Source: Chthoniobacterales bacterium
GTDB taxonomy: Bacteria > Verrucomicrobiota > Verrucomicrobiia > Chthoniobacterales > Chthoniobacteraceae
Assembly (NCBI GenBank): GCA_038207335.1
Contig: JBBQZX010000004.1
Span: 32,001-96,000 of the forward strand
Direction of reading: 5' to 3'
DNA length: 64,000 nt
Below, one piece after another: positions 52,520-62,764 of the stretch; the first letter of the stretch is position 1; every line of letters begins with the position of its first letter. The notes beneath the pieces were generated by a model. It saw only the letters and a program-made list of their open reading frames with translations, was not told the origin of the DNA and ran no database searches. A program made the position numbers and the translations under genes.

Positions 52520-55117
52520 ATGCTTGAACTGACGCACCCGCTTTTTCTGCTGCTCGCGCTTGCGGTGCTGCTGCTTGCGCTCGCGTTGCGACGGTCGCTG
52601 GCGGACCTCACGCCGGTGCAGCGGCGCGTCTGCTTCGCGGTGCGGACATTGCTCGTGCTGCTGCTCGTCGCCGCGCTGGCGGGAGTGCGAATGCTGCTCC
52701 CGTCGGAAGACCTCGCGGTGATTTTTGCAGTCGATGAATCGGCGAGCATCTCGCCGGAAGCGGAGAAGCAGGCGCGCGATTTCGTCGCCGCAAGTCTCAC
52801 AAAGCAGCGGGCACGCGACACGAGCGGAGTTGTCGGATTTGCGCGCAGCACGGAGTTACGGCAACCGGCGAGCGAGAATGCGCGGCTGGCGGCGGAGTGG
52901 GCGCCGCCCGCAGATCGAGCGTGGACGGACATCGGCGGGGCGCTGGACTTTTCCAGCGCGGTTTTTCCCGCGGAGAAAACGCAGCGGCTCGTGCTGCTCA
53001 GCGATGGCAACGACACGGGCGGACGCGCCGCGCAATCGGCTCAAATGCTTGCTTCGCGGGGCATCGAGCTTTTCACCGCGCCGCTGCGAAACGCCGCGAC
53101 GCCGGAGGTGCTCGTGGAAAAAGTGGAGGTGCCGCGGCGGTTGAAGACCGGTGAGCCGTTCGATCTCGTGGCGAATATCCGCAGCAACATCGCAACGAGC
53201 GCGAAGGTGAAACTTTACCAAAATCAATTCCTGCTCGAGACGCGCGAGGTGGAGTTGAAACCGGGAGACAATGAATTTCGCGCGCCGAATTTGAAGGCGG
53301 ACGGGAGCTTTATTTCATACGAAGTCGAGGTCGCGGCGGTGCGCGACACGGCGATCGAAAACAACCGGGCGCAAGCAACTGCTAGCCTTCGCGGGCAGCC
53401 GCGCGTGCTGATCGTGGAGGGCGACGATGGCAAGGCGCGTCCGCTCACGGAGGCACTACGAGGCGAGAAAATCGGTGTCGAAACGCGCGGGGCGTCCGGC
53501 GCGCCGAAGACGCTGGAGGATTTGCAGCAGTTCGATCTTTTCATACTGAGCAATGTCTCGGCGCTGGCGCTGGGCCGCGAGCAGATGGAGCTGTATCGCC
53601 GATGGGTCCAGGATTTCGGCGGCGGCTTTGTGATGCTCGGGGGCGAGAACAGCTTCGGAGTCGGCGGCTATTTTCGCACGCCGATCGAGCAGATGCTGCC
53701 AGTGCGAATGGAGCACGATGACCGGCAGGATATGCCGAGCGTGGCGCTGCTCGTGGTGCTGGATCGCTCAGGCTCGATGTCGGCGCTGGCGCAGGGACAG
53801 ACAAAGATTTCGCTCGCAAATCAGGGCGCGGTGCTCGCGATGAATGTGCTGCAGCCGCGCGATTATTTTGGCGTGCTCGCGGTGGACACCCGCGTGCATA
53901 CGGTTGCGCCTCTGCAGCAACACGCGTCGAAAGCGCCGATCGAGCAAAAGATTCTCACGGTTACGGCGGCGGGCGGCGGCATCTATATTTACACCTCGCT
54001 CGCGGAGGCGTTCGCGCAGCTCCGCGATGTGCCGGCGCGGATCAAGCACGTCATCCTTTTTTCCGACGCGACGGATGCCGAGGAAAAGAGTGCAGGTGAG
54101 ATGGGCGACGGAGCGTCGGGAGCGGGCTCGGCGCTCGATTTGGCGTCGGCGATGCTGACGGCGAAGATCACGACGTCGGTGGTCGCGCTCGGGCTTGAAG
54201 CAGACAAGGACACGCCATTTCTGAGGCAGCTCGCGGAACGCGGAAGCGGGCGATTTTACCTGACGAGCGACGCGACGAGTCTGCCGCAGATTTTCAGCAC
54301 TGAGACGATGAAAGTGGCGCAGTCGAGCCTCGTGGAGGAGCCATTCCTCGCGATAGCGACGAGCAAGAGCCCAGTGATCGCTGGGCTCGACTGGGCGCAG
54401 TCGCCGCTGCTGCTCGGCTACAACGCGACGAAGCCGAAACCGACCGCAGACGTGCTGCTCGCGACAGAACGTGGCGAGCCGCTGCTGGCGAGCTGGCGAT
54501 ACGGGCTCGGGCAGGCGGCGGCCTTCACTAGCGATGCGAAAAGTCGGTGGGCCGCCGAGTGGCTTGCGTGGCCGGGATACGGGAAATTTTGGACGCAGCT
54601 CGTGCGCGGGCTCATGCGGAAAAGCGATCAGTCGAGCTTCGCGGTGAGCACGAGTGAAATGGCGGATCGGCTGACGCTGAAGATCGACGCGATGAAGCCG
54701 GACGGGGCGTTTCGCGATCGGCTCCCGATCACGGTCAATGCGCGAAATCCGAGTGGCGAGACGCAGAAGGTGGAGGCGCGGCAGACCGCGCCAGGCGAGT
54801 ATTCGGCGGCGTTCGATCTGCCAAGTGAGGGGACGACGATCGTCTCGGTGACTTCCCCGGAATTGCCCGATGGCGGATACGTCTTCGGCCACACGCGGAG
54901 CTACCCGCGGGAGTTTTTGAGCAGTGAAACGAACGATGATTTTTTGAGATCGCTGGCAGAAGCGGCGGGAGGGAAATTCAATCCGACGGCTGAAGATATC
55001 TACGCGCGCCCTGCGCATCCTTCGCTACGGAAGCGCGATCTTACCGACTACTTCCTAATGGCCGCATTGGTGATTTTCCCGATCGATATCTGGCTGCGAC
55101 GCCGCACATGGAAGTAA
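52520..55117 (+). CDS. Double-vWA + glutamine-amidotransferase-like domain membrane protein
   Basis: vWA MIDAS motifs 'AVDESASI' and 'VLDRSGSM', 'LLSDGN', GATase-like 'GGGFVMLGGENSFGVGGY..TPIE..LPV', 'WRYGLG'. Confidence 0.88.
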   Translation: MLELTHPLFLLLALAVLLLALALRRSLADLTPVQRRVCFAVRTLLVLLLVAALAGVRMLLPSEDLAVIFAVDESASISPEAEKQARDFVAASLTKQRARDTSGVVGFARSTELRQPASENARLAAEWAPPADRAWTDIGGALDFSSAVFPAEKTQRLVLLSDGNDTGGRAAQSAQMLASRGIELFTAPLRNAATPEVLVEKVEVPRRLKTGEPFDLVANIRSNIATSAKVKLYQNQFLLETREVELKPGDNEFRAPNLKADGSFISYEVEVAAVRDTAIENNRAQATASLRGQPRVLIVEGDDGKARPLTEALRGEKIGVETRGASGAPKTLEDLQQFDLFILSNVSALALGREQMELYRRWVQDFGGGFVMLGGENSFGVGGYFRTPIEQMLPVRMEHDDRQDMPSVALLVVLDRSGSMSALAQGQTKISLANQGAVLAMNVLQPRDYFGVLAVDTRVHTVAPLQQHASKAPIEQKILTVTAAGGGIYIYTSLAEAFAQLRDVPARIKHVILFSDATDAEEKSAGEMGDGASGAGSALDLASAMLTAKITTSVVALGLEADKDTPFLRQLAERGSGRFYLTSDATSLPQIFSTETMKVAQSSLVEEPFLAIATSKSPVIAGLDWAQSPLLLGYNATKPKPTADVLLATERGEPLLASWRYGLGQAAAFTSDAKSRWAAEWLAWPGYGKFWTQLVRGLMRKSDQSSFAVSTSEMADRLTLKIDAMKPDGAFRDRLPITVNARNPSGETQKVEARQTAPGEYSAAFDLPSEGTTIVSVTSPELPDGGYVFGHTRSYPREFLSSETNDDFLRSLAEAAGGKFNPTAEDIYARPAHPSLRKRDLTDYFLMAALVIFPIDIWLRRRTWK

Positions 55118-55186
55118 TGTGAATCGAACGTTATGAACTTGAATCCTTGAGCCGCGCTCTCGCGCGGTTTTTGCTCTCCACCCCAC

Positions 55187-56023
55187 ATGAAAGATTTTCG
55201 TCTCAACCGTCTTTTTCACGCCAAATCCAAACGCTGCTTCGATGTCGCGGTGGATCATGGATTTTTCAACGAGCGCTCCTTTTTAAATGGGATCGAAAAT
55301 CTGGATCGATGCGTCCGGACGCTGGTGGCGGCTGCGCCAGATGCGATCCAGCTCACGGTCGGGCAGGCGGAACTTTTGCAAAAAATCCCGGGCCGGCAGA
55401 AGCCGTCGCTCGTGCTGCGGACTGACGTGGCAAATGTGTATGGCACAGAGCTTCCGCGCGCGCTTTTCAGCCGCATGATCGGCAACGCGGTGGAGCAGGC
55501 GCTGCGGCTGGATGCGGTATGCGTGGTGGTGAATTTGTTTCGCATCCCGGGTGAGCCGGAGGTGACGGATCAGTGCATCGACAACATCCTGCGACTGAAG
55601 CCGGAGTGTGATCGCTATGCGATGCCGCTGATGATCGAGCCGCTCGTTTTCCGCCCGAATGCTCAGGCGGGCGGATACATGGTGGATGGGGAGCTGGAGA
55701 AGATTTTGCCCCTCGTGCGGCAGGCGGTGGAGCTCGGAGCGGACATCATCAAGGCCGATCCAACGGACGATGTGAGCGTGTATCATCGCGTGGTGGAAAT
55801 CGCGGGGCGCATCCCGGTGCTTGTGCGCGGCGGGGGGAAGGCGCCGGATGTGGAGATTTTGAAACGGACGCAGGACCTGATGGTGCAGGGCGCGGCGGGG
55901 ATTGTGTATGGGCGGAATATAATTCAGCACAACGACCCGGCGGGGATGACTCGGGCGCTGATGTCGATCGTGCATGAAGGCGCGACGGCGGCGGAGGCGG
56001 CGAAGCTGATCAAGGCGGCATGA
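55187..56023 (+). CDS. Class I aldolase, DhnA/LsrF family
   Basis: 'VAVDHG', 'ELGADIIK' (Schiff-base Lys), 'VLVRGG', 'GIVYGRNI'. Confidence 0.88.
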   Translation: MKDFRLNRLFHAKSKRCFDVAVDHGFFNERSFLNGIENLDRCVRTLVAAAPDAIQLTVGQAELLQKIPGRQKPSLVLRTDVANVYGTELPRALFSRMIGNAVEQALRLDAVCVVVNLFRIPGEPEVTDQCIDNILRLKPECDRYAMPLMIEPLVFRPNAQAGGYMVDGELEKILPLVRQAVELGADIIKADPTDDVSVYHRVVEIAGRIPVLVRGGGKAPDVEILKRTQDLMVQGAAGIVYGRNIIQHNDPAGMTRALMSIVHEGATAAEAAKLIKAA

Positions 56024-57141
56024 AGACGCTGAAGGTCGGAATCATCGGCGGCGGGTTGATGGGGCGCGAGTTGGCGAGCGCGATCGGGCGCTGGTGCGCG
56101 CTGGTGGATTTTCCCGTGCGGCTGGAGTTGAGCGCGGTGTGCGATGTGCAGGAAAAAGTGCGCGAATGGTTCCGGCAGATTCCGAGCGTGGCGCTGCTGA
56201 CGGCGGATTATCACGAGCTTTTGCGGAGCGATGTGGATGTGGTCTATGTCGCGGTGCCGCATCATTTGCATGAGCAGATTTACCTCGATGTTCTGCGCGC
56301 GGGGAAAGACCTGTTCGCCGAGAAGCCTTTTGGAATCGACCTCGCGGCTGCGCGCAAGATTCGCGATGCGGCGACGGAACTCGGGCGCTTAGTGCGATGC
56401 AGCTCGGAGTTTCCGTTTCTGCCGGGCGTGCAGAAAGTGTGGCAATATCTGCGTGGCGCGGAGCTTGGGCGGGTATTGGAAATCCGCTCGGGATTTTGGC
56501 ACGCGAGCGATCTCGATCCGACGAAGCCGATCAACTGGAAGCGGCAGAATCAGTTCTGCGGTGAGATCGGAGTGATGGGCGATCTTGGGATGCACGCGGT
56601 GCACTTTCCCTTCCGGCTCGGCTGGCGGGCGACGAGCGTTTTTGCACAGCTTCAGAAAATCTACACGGAGCGACCGGATGGCAAAGGCGGGATGGCGCCG
56701 TGCGATACGTGGGACAATGCGATGCTGCACTGCGAGGTCGTGATCGCCGGGAATTCTGTGCCGATGCGGATCGAGATGAAGCGACTCGCGCCGGGCGAGA
56801 TGAATACGTGGTTCTTCGAGGTGCTCGGAACGGAGGGCGGCGCGCGATTTTCGACGAAGGAGCCGAAGACGGTTTGGGTCTTCGAACGGGGGAAGGAGCA
56901 GGTCTGGAAACGCTACGATGTGGGGCAGAGCTTCAATGTTTTCACGGCGGTGACAGGCGGGATTTTCGAGGCGGGATTTTCGGATTGTTTTCAGCAAATG
57001 TGGGCGGCATTCGTGGCGGAGCGCGAGGGTTTGCTCGGCGACCGCTTTGGCTGCGTGACGCCGGATGAGGCGGTTGCAAGCCATGAACTTTTCGCGGCGG
57101 CACTGCGTTCGCATTCAGAAAAACGGGCTGTGGAAGTCTAA
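56020..57141 (+). CDS. Gfo/Idh/MocA sugar oxidoreductase
   Basis: 'GIIGGGLMG', 'AEKPFG', 'GVMGDLGMH'; ATGA overlap with the aldolase. Confidence 0.88.
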   Translation: MKTLKVGIIGGGLMGRELASAIGRWCALVDFPVRLELSAVCDVQEKVREWFRQIPSVALLTADYHELLRSDVDVVYVAVPHHLHEQIYLDVLRAGKDLFAEKPFGIDLAAARKIRDAATELGRLVRCSSEFPFLPGVQKVWQYLRGAELGRVLEIRSGFWHASDLDPTKPINWKRQNQFCGEIGVMGDLGMHAVHFPFRLGWRATSVFAQLQKIYTERPDGKGGMAPCDTWDNAMLHCEVVIAGNSVPMRIEMKRLAPGEMNTWFFEVLGTEGGARFSTKEPKTVWVFERGKEQVWKRYDVGQSFNVFTAVTGGIFEAGFSDCFQQMWAAFVAEREGLLGDRFGCVTPDEAVASHELFAAALRSHSEKRAVEV

Positions 57142-57219
57142 CGCGCGCGTCGTGCGGCGGGTATGCGATTCAGCACTTTGAACGGCGGATTCACAGTCGT
57201 GTCAGAACTCGCCACTAAA

Positions 57220-58824
57220 ATGATGAAAATCCCTGTCCTCTCTCAATCCATCGCAGCGCTCGCCGCTGCCGTTTTGCTCAGCGGATCGAGCACGCTGCTT
57301 TTTGCCGAAGACAACGCCGTGACTCCACCGCCGGCGAAAGTCGATGCGACGCCGCCGCCGGTGAAAATCGATTCGACCCCGGTGCAAGGGAAGCCGGGAA
57401 TGATCACGAGTTTTGCGCCGGTTGTGGAAAAGGTCTCTCCGAGCGTGGTGACGATCTCGACCTCGAAAAATGTCACGAAGAGCGCTCAGCGAAGCAATCC
57501 GCTGCTGAACGACCCGATGTTCCGCCGCTACTTCGGAATGCCAGACGAAGACACTTCCGATGAAGACGCGACACCGCAAGCGCCGACGAAGCGCGGCGGG
57601 AAATCCGGAAAGAATTTGAAGCGCGATGGCGGCGGGAAAGACGGTGAAGCACACAAGGAACCGCTCGGCCTCGGATCCGGTGTGATCGTGAGCGCGGAAG
57701 GCCACATTTTAACCAACAACCATGTGGTCGAGGGCGCGGATGACATCGAGGTGACGATCGGCAGCAGCCAGCACAAATACAAAGCCACGAAGATCGGCAC
57801 CGATCCTGGGACGGACATCGCAGTCTTAAAAATCGACGCGAAAAATCTGACGCCGATCGTCTTTGGCGATAGCGACAAAATCCGCGTCGGCGACATCGCG
57901 GTGGCAATCGGGAATCCATTCAACCTGACGCAATCGGTTTCGATGGGCGTCATCAGCGCGGTGGGGCGTGGCGGAATGGGGATCGTCGATTATGAAAATT
58001 TCATTCAGACCGATGCGTCGATCAACCCAGGGAATTCCGGCGGCGCGCTTGCGGACATCGAAGGGCGCTTGATCGGCATCAATACAGCGATCTTCAGCCG
58101 GACGGGCGGAAATCAGGGCATCGGATTCGCAGTGCCGGTGAATCTCGCGCACGGCGTGATGGACAACATCATCAAGAATGGGCGGGTCGTCCGCGGCTAT
58201 CTTGGAACGATCATTCAGCCGCTGACGGAGGAGCTTTCCACTGCATTCAAAACGACGGATCAGAGCGGGGCTCTCGTCTCGCAGGTGGAGCCAAAAGGCC
58301 CGGCGGGAAAAGCGGGCGTGAAGGACGGAGACGTCATCACGGAGGTCGCGGGGAAGAAGGTTGAAGGGCCACGTGAGTTGCGATTGATCGTCGGGGCGAT
58401 GGCGCCGGGGACGAAGGTTGATGTGAAAGTTTTGCGCGAAGGACAGAGTCAGGTGATCCCAGTTGTGCTCGGAGAACTGCCGTCGAAGACCGGCTCGCTG
58501 GCGGCCGCGGAGGAGCGGAAAGATGAAAATCCCGACGTGCTCGATGGCGTGACGGTTGCGGATGTGGACGATTCGCTGCGCAAGGAAATGGACCTTCCTG
58601 AATCAACGCAGGGAGTGGTGATCACTGCGGTTGCTCCCGATTCTCCGAGCGCCGTCGCGGGTCTGAAACGTGGCGACGTGATCCACGAGATCAACCGGAA
58701 GCCGGTCACCACTGCGAAGCAGGCGATCGATCTCAGCGAGAAAGTGAAGGCGGATAAAAAAGTGCTGCTACGCGTCTCGAGCAAGGGCCAAAGCCGTTAC
58801 GTGGTCGTCGTTCCGCAGGAATAA
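57220..58824 (+). CDS. DegQ/HtrA serine endoprotease with two PDZ domains
   Basis: Signal peptide; 'GSGVIV..GHILTNNHVV', 'TDIAVLK', 'QTDASINPGNSGG'; two PDZ domains. Confidence 0.95.
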   Translation: MMKIPVLSQSIAALAAAVLLSGSSTLLFAEDNAVTPPPAKVDATPPPVKIDSTPVQGKPGMITSFAPVVEKVSPSVVTISTSKNVTKSAQRSNPLLNDPMFRRYFGMPDEDTSDEDATPQAPTKRGGKSGKNLKRDGGGKDGEAHKEPLGLGSGVIVSAEGHILTNNHVVEGADDIEVTIGSSQHKYKATKIGTDPGTDIAVLKIDAKNLTPIVFGDSDKIRVGDIAVAIGNPFNLTQSVSMGVISAVGRGGMGIVDYENFIQTDASINPGNSGGALADIEGRLIGINTAIFSRTGGNQGIGFAVPVNLAHGVMDNIIKNGRVVRGYLGTIIQPLTEELSTAFKTTDQSGALVSQVEPKGPAGKAGVKDGDVITEVAGKKVEGPRELRLIVGAMAPGTKVDVKVLREGQSQVIPVVLGELPSKTGSLAAAEERKDENPDVLDGVTVADVDDSLRKEMDLPESTQGVVITAVAPDSPSAVAGLKRGDVIHEINRKPVTTAKQAIDLSEKVKADKKVLLRVSSKGQSRYVVVVPQE

Positions 58825-58850
58825 TCGGCTTCGCGACTAGGAAGGTTTCG

Positions 58851-58889
58851 AGAGGCGGCGCTCATGTGAGCGCCGCCTCTTTTGCTTTT
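58851..58889 (+). terminator. Rho-independent terminator of the DegQ gene
   Basis: Inverted repeat AGAGGCGGCGCTCA/TGAGCGCCGCCTCT followed by TTTGCTTTT. Confidence 0.85.
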
Positions 58890-59108
58890 GAAATTGCCGA
58901 ATCACTTCGCATCTCCAGAATTTCGCAATGCCGTTCCCGCCGACCTGCCAAGACCCAACTTTGGACGGGGGAATTCGCAGTGTTGAACAGTCATTGCGGC
59001 GAGAATGATGCAAAGGCCACGCGTCAGTCGCGCTCTTATAGCATGCGGGAACGCGCACTGCTCTCGTTCGCGTGAGAGACACGCAATAAACCGCTCCCCG
59101 ACTGAGCA

Positions 59109-62100
59109 ATGACACTAGGCAACATCCCGCACGAGCCGCATCTCCCGAGTTCAGCCTGCGATTTTCACCGCGGGATGATCGATGATTTCCCGACACCTGT
59201 GTGGATCAGCGATACCACTGCGAAGATCATCTATGTGAATCGGGCGTGGGTCGAATTCACAGGCTGCCCAATCGAGTCGCAGGTCGGACACGGATGGTTG
59301 GAGTGTGTGCATCCCGAGGATCGGGACTCGGTCGCGGAGCGGTGCCACAAGCATTTGCGCACGCGGCAGCCTAGCGAGGTCGAGTTCCGCGTGCGGCGGA
59401 ACGATGGAGTGTTTCGGTGGGTCGTCGAGCGCGGGAATCCGCTGCATCGCCCTGACGGCACGTTCACGGGATTCATCGGATTTTGCTACGATACGACGGA
59501 GCGACGGACGATGGACTCGGCACGACGCGAGATCGAGGAGCAGGCGCGGCTCCTGGGGCTCGCAACGCGCGATATGGTCTGGAGTTGGGATCGTCGGACG
59601 GATCGCGCGATCAACAATGCGTCGTTTGCGGCCACCCTCGGAGATCTTCCGGGGCCTTTCGGCGCGAGCGTGGCCTGGTGGAAAGCGCGTGTTCATCCCG
59701 ACGACGCAGAGCGCGTCCTCGCCGCACTCGGACGCACGCTGGAAGAGGGATCGACCGACGCCGCGGAGGAACATCGTTTTCGAAAACTCGATGGCTCATT
59801 TGCAACCCTCGAGGTCCGAGTTTGCCTCGAGTGGGACGTGAACGGCGAGCTCGTTCGAGTACTGGGCGCGATGCGAGACATCACCCAACGCAAGCGCGCG
59901 GAACAGGCGCAGGCGCGGCTCACGCGCATGCTCGAGGCTACCAGTGACTTCGTGGGGATGGCCGACATCCTCGGAAATGTCTTTTACATCAATCGCGCGG
60001 GACGACGAATGCTTGGCTGGCCGGTAGAGGGTCCGCTGGGGCCATGCACGCTGCAGGACATTCACCCGGACTGGGCTACCGCGATCGTGATGGAAGAGGC
60101 ATTTCCAAACGCGATCCGCGAGGGAATTTGGACAGGCGAGACTGCACTTCGCGGAACGGAGGGGTGTGAAATTCCGGTTTCGCAAATTCTCATCGCACAC
60201 TCGGCAGCGGATGGCACTCCCGAGTTCATGTCCACGATGATGCGCGACATCGGCGAGCAGAAGCGCGCCGACGTGGCGCGCATCGAGTGGGCCAATCGCT
60301 ACGACGCCGCGATCCGGGCAAGCGGACAGCTACTGTTCGACTGGAATACCGCTTCAAACGACATCACGTACGGCGGAGACAGCGAGGGAATCCTCGGCTT
60401 CACGATGAAGGAAATGGCTGGTGGCCTGCCGCGACTGCGTGAGTTAATCGTGCCGGACGACCGCGCGGCGTTCGACGAGGAAATCGCGCGCGCGACCGCC
60501 ACGCGCGATCCTTTTCACCTCGCACTCCGACTCCGGCGAAAAGACGAAGGCGTGGTTCCGATTGAAGCGAAAGGTTACTTCTTTCTCGATCGACAGGGCC
60601 GTAGCGGGCGCATGGTCGGCTTCCTCGCGGACGTGACAGAGCAGCAGCGGGCGCAGGAGGAACTCGCGCGCGCGCACGACAGCTTGGAGGCGCGCGTGAT
60701 CGAGCGAACCGCGGAACTCGCGCACAGTCACATCGTCATTCGCGACCGAGCGATGCAGCAGGAGACGGTTGCGCATCTGGGTCAGCAAGCCCTCGCGGGT
60801 GCGAAGCTGGAGGAGCTTTTCGACGAGGCCACCGCGCTCGTGCGGACCACGCTAAAGGTCGATCTTTGCTCAGTGCTCGAGCGAGGGCCGGCTGGAAGCG
60901 AACTCTTTGTGCGCGGGAGCGCGGGCTGGCCCGACGAAATGCGGCGCGGATCGGTCCCGGCAGGATACGGCTCGCAGTCCGGCTACACACTGCTCGTGGG
61001 CGAGCCGGTGATCGTTGAGAATCTGGCGAAAGAGACGCGCTTCCAGATTTCGCAACCGATCCGCGAAATCAGAGCGACCAGCGCGATCAGCGTTCCAATC
61101 CATTCGGAGGGAGATTCGTTCGGAGTCCTCTGCGCATGCTCCACGGATTTGCGCGCATTCACACAGGACGACGCGCATTTTCTCCAGTCGGTGGCAAATG
61201 TGCTCACTGCCGCGATCACGGGCCGTCGGGCGGAGGAGAGCATCCGTCTGGCGCAGGAACAAGCAGAGGCGGCCAACCGCGCCAAGAGCGACTTCCTCTC
61301 GCGCATGAGCCATGAGCTTCGCACACCACTGAATGCGATTCTTGGATTCACGCAGCTCCTCGAGATCGACCAACCCACGACGAGCCAAGCCGAGAGCATT
61401 TCGCATATCTCGCGCGCTGGGCAGCACCTCCTCTCGCTGATCAATGAAGTGCTCGACATCGCGCGAATCGAGGCCGGGCGGCTCGCGCTTTCGCCCGAGC
61501 CGATCGAGCTGTCGAAATTTCTCAGCCAGGCGATCCAGCTCATCCGTCCGCTCGCCGTGCGGCACAAAATCGAGATCGCGCTTCAGGCGAATGAACCCGA
61601 ATTTTTCTACGCGCTGGCCGATCGTCAGCGACTTCAGCAGGTCATTCTGAACCTGCTTTCGAACGCGGTGAAATATAACCGCCCGCGTGGCGAAGTGACC
61701 GTGAGTTGCAGCGCTTTCGGCGGCGAACGCGTGCGCATTAGCGTCGCGGATACGGGTGCGGGGATTTCTGTGGAAAATCGCGAACGACTGTTCGTGCCGT
61801 TTGAACGACTCGGTGCCGAGAGCACCGAAATCGAGGGCACTGGCATCGGCTTGGCCCTTTCGCAGCGCATCGCGCACGCCATGCACGGCGAGATTGGCGT
61901 CGAGAGCATCCCCGCCAGGGGGAGCACTTTTTGGCTTGAGCTTCCTTCCGCACCTGCGGCTCCACCTCACCCTGCCGACGCGATGGAGCCGGACACTGCG
62001 AAGACGTTTCCATTTCGCGAATACACCGTCCTGTATGTCGAAGATCAGGATCTGAATCTGCGCCTCGTCGAGCGAATCCTGCAGCATCGACCAGGCTTCA

Positions 62101-62390
62101 AGCTGCTCACCGCGATGCAAGGCAGGCTCGGCCTCGATCTTGCACGAGAACATCGCCCAGACCTCGTTCTGCTCGACCTAAATTTGCCCGACATGACTGG
62201 TGACGAAATCCTGCGCCAACTAAAACTCGATCCCGCGCTCCAGCAAATCCCGGTGATCATGATTAGCGCAGATGCGATGGGAGAGCGCGTGGAATCCTTG
62301 TTGAGCATGGGAGCCGCCGACTACCTCACAAAGCCATACCGTGTGGCCGATTTCTTCCGAGTCATCGAGAAAGCGCTCGCGGGAGAGTAG
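59109..62390 (+). CDS. Cytoplasmic hybrid sensor histidine kinase (4xPAS-GAF-HisKA-HATPase-REC)
   Basis: PAS/PAC repeats ('VHPED', 'VHPDD', 'DITQRK'), GAF, 'MSHELRTPLN', 'NLLSNAVKYN', 'DTGAG', 'GTGIGL', REC 'LLDLNLPDM'; no TM helix. Confidence 0.93.
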   Translation: MTLGNIPHEPHLPSSACDFHRGMIDDFPTPVWISDTTAKIIYVNRAWVEFTGCPIESQVGHGWLECVHPEDRDSVAERCHKHLRTRQPSEVEFRVRRNDGVFRWVVERGNPLHRPDGTFTGFIGFCYDTTERRTMDSARREIEEQARLLGLATRDMVWSWDRRTDRAINNASFAATLGDLPGPFGASVAWWKARVHPDDAERVLAALGRTLEEGSTDAAEEHRFRKLDGSFATLEVRVCLEWDVNGELVRVLGAMRDITQRKRAEQAQARLTRMLEATSDFVGMADILGNVFYINRAGRRMLGWPVEGPLGPCTLQDIHPDWATAIVMEEAFPNAIREGIWTGETALRGTEGCEIPVSQILIAHSAADGTPEFMSTMMRDIGEQKRADVARIEWANRYDAAIRASGQLLFDWNTASNDITYGGDSEGILGFTMKEMAGGLPRLRELIVPDDRAAFDEEIARATATRDPFHLALRLRRKDEGVVPIEAKGYFFLDRQGRSGRMVGFLADVTEQQRAQEELARAHDSLEARVIERTAELAHSHIVIRDRAMQQETVAHLGQQALAGAKLEELFDEATALVRTTLKVDLCSVLERGPAGSELFVRGSAGWPDEMRRGSVPAGYGSQSGYTLLVGEPVIVENLAKETRFQISQPIREIRATSAISVPIHSEGDSFGVLCACSTDLRAFTQDDAHFLQSVANVLTAAITGRRAEESIRLAQEQAEAANRAKSDFLSRMSHELRTPLNAILGFTQLLEIDQPTTSQAESISHISRAGQHLLSLINEVLDIARIEAGRLALSPEPIELSKFLSQAIQLIRPLAVRHKIEIALQANEPEFFYALADRQRLQQVILNLLSNAVKYNRPRGEVTVSCSAFGGERVRISVADTGAGISVENRERLFVPFERLGAESTEIEGTGIGLALSQRIAHAMHGEIGVESIPARGSTFWLELPSAPAAPPHPADAMEPDTAKTFPFREYTVLYVEDQDLNLRLVERILQHRPGFKLLTAMQGRLGLDLAREHRPDLVLLDLNLPDMTGDEILRQLKLDPALQQIPVIMISADAMGERVESLLSMGAADYLTKPYRVADFFRVIEKALAGE

Positions 62391-62566
62391 CTTTGGAGTT
62401 GCGACCTTTTTTTAACAGAACACGATGCGACACAGTGGGACGTGTGTGCATCGTCGCGCGACAAAGTGTCGTCACACGCGACATCAGCACGTTGCCGGCA
62501 CGCTCCTATCCGGCGACAAAGTGCGATTTCCCTCTGTAACCAGCCGGAAGATCGCCGAGAAGCGAG

Positions 62567-62582
62567 TGGCACATTCGGTGCT
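62567..62582 (+). promoter_or_regulatory. Putative sigma-54 promoter
   Basis: TGGCACATTCGGTGCT with exact GG-N10-GC spacing; repeated GCGACAnAGTG sites lie upstream. Confidence 0.55.
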
Positions 62583-62764
62583 AAACTATTCATCACAATG
62601 AAGAAAGCGCACCGATGCCTCCTGCATTCAGCGTGCATCGCTATCAAGCTGATGCACGGGAAGAGTATTCGATGGCATTGGCAGCATATCCTTCGCGAAT
62701 TCAACTGCGGTGAACATTCTGACGGGGCAAACCGTCAAAATGGACACCGCTTGGAACCCCAAAA

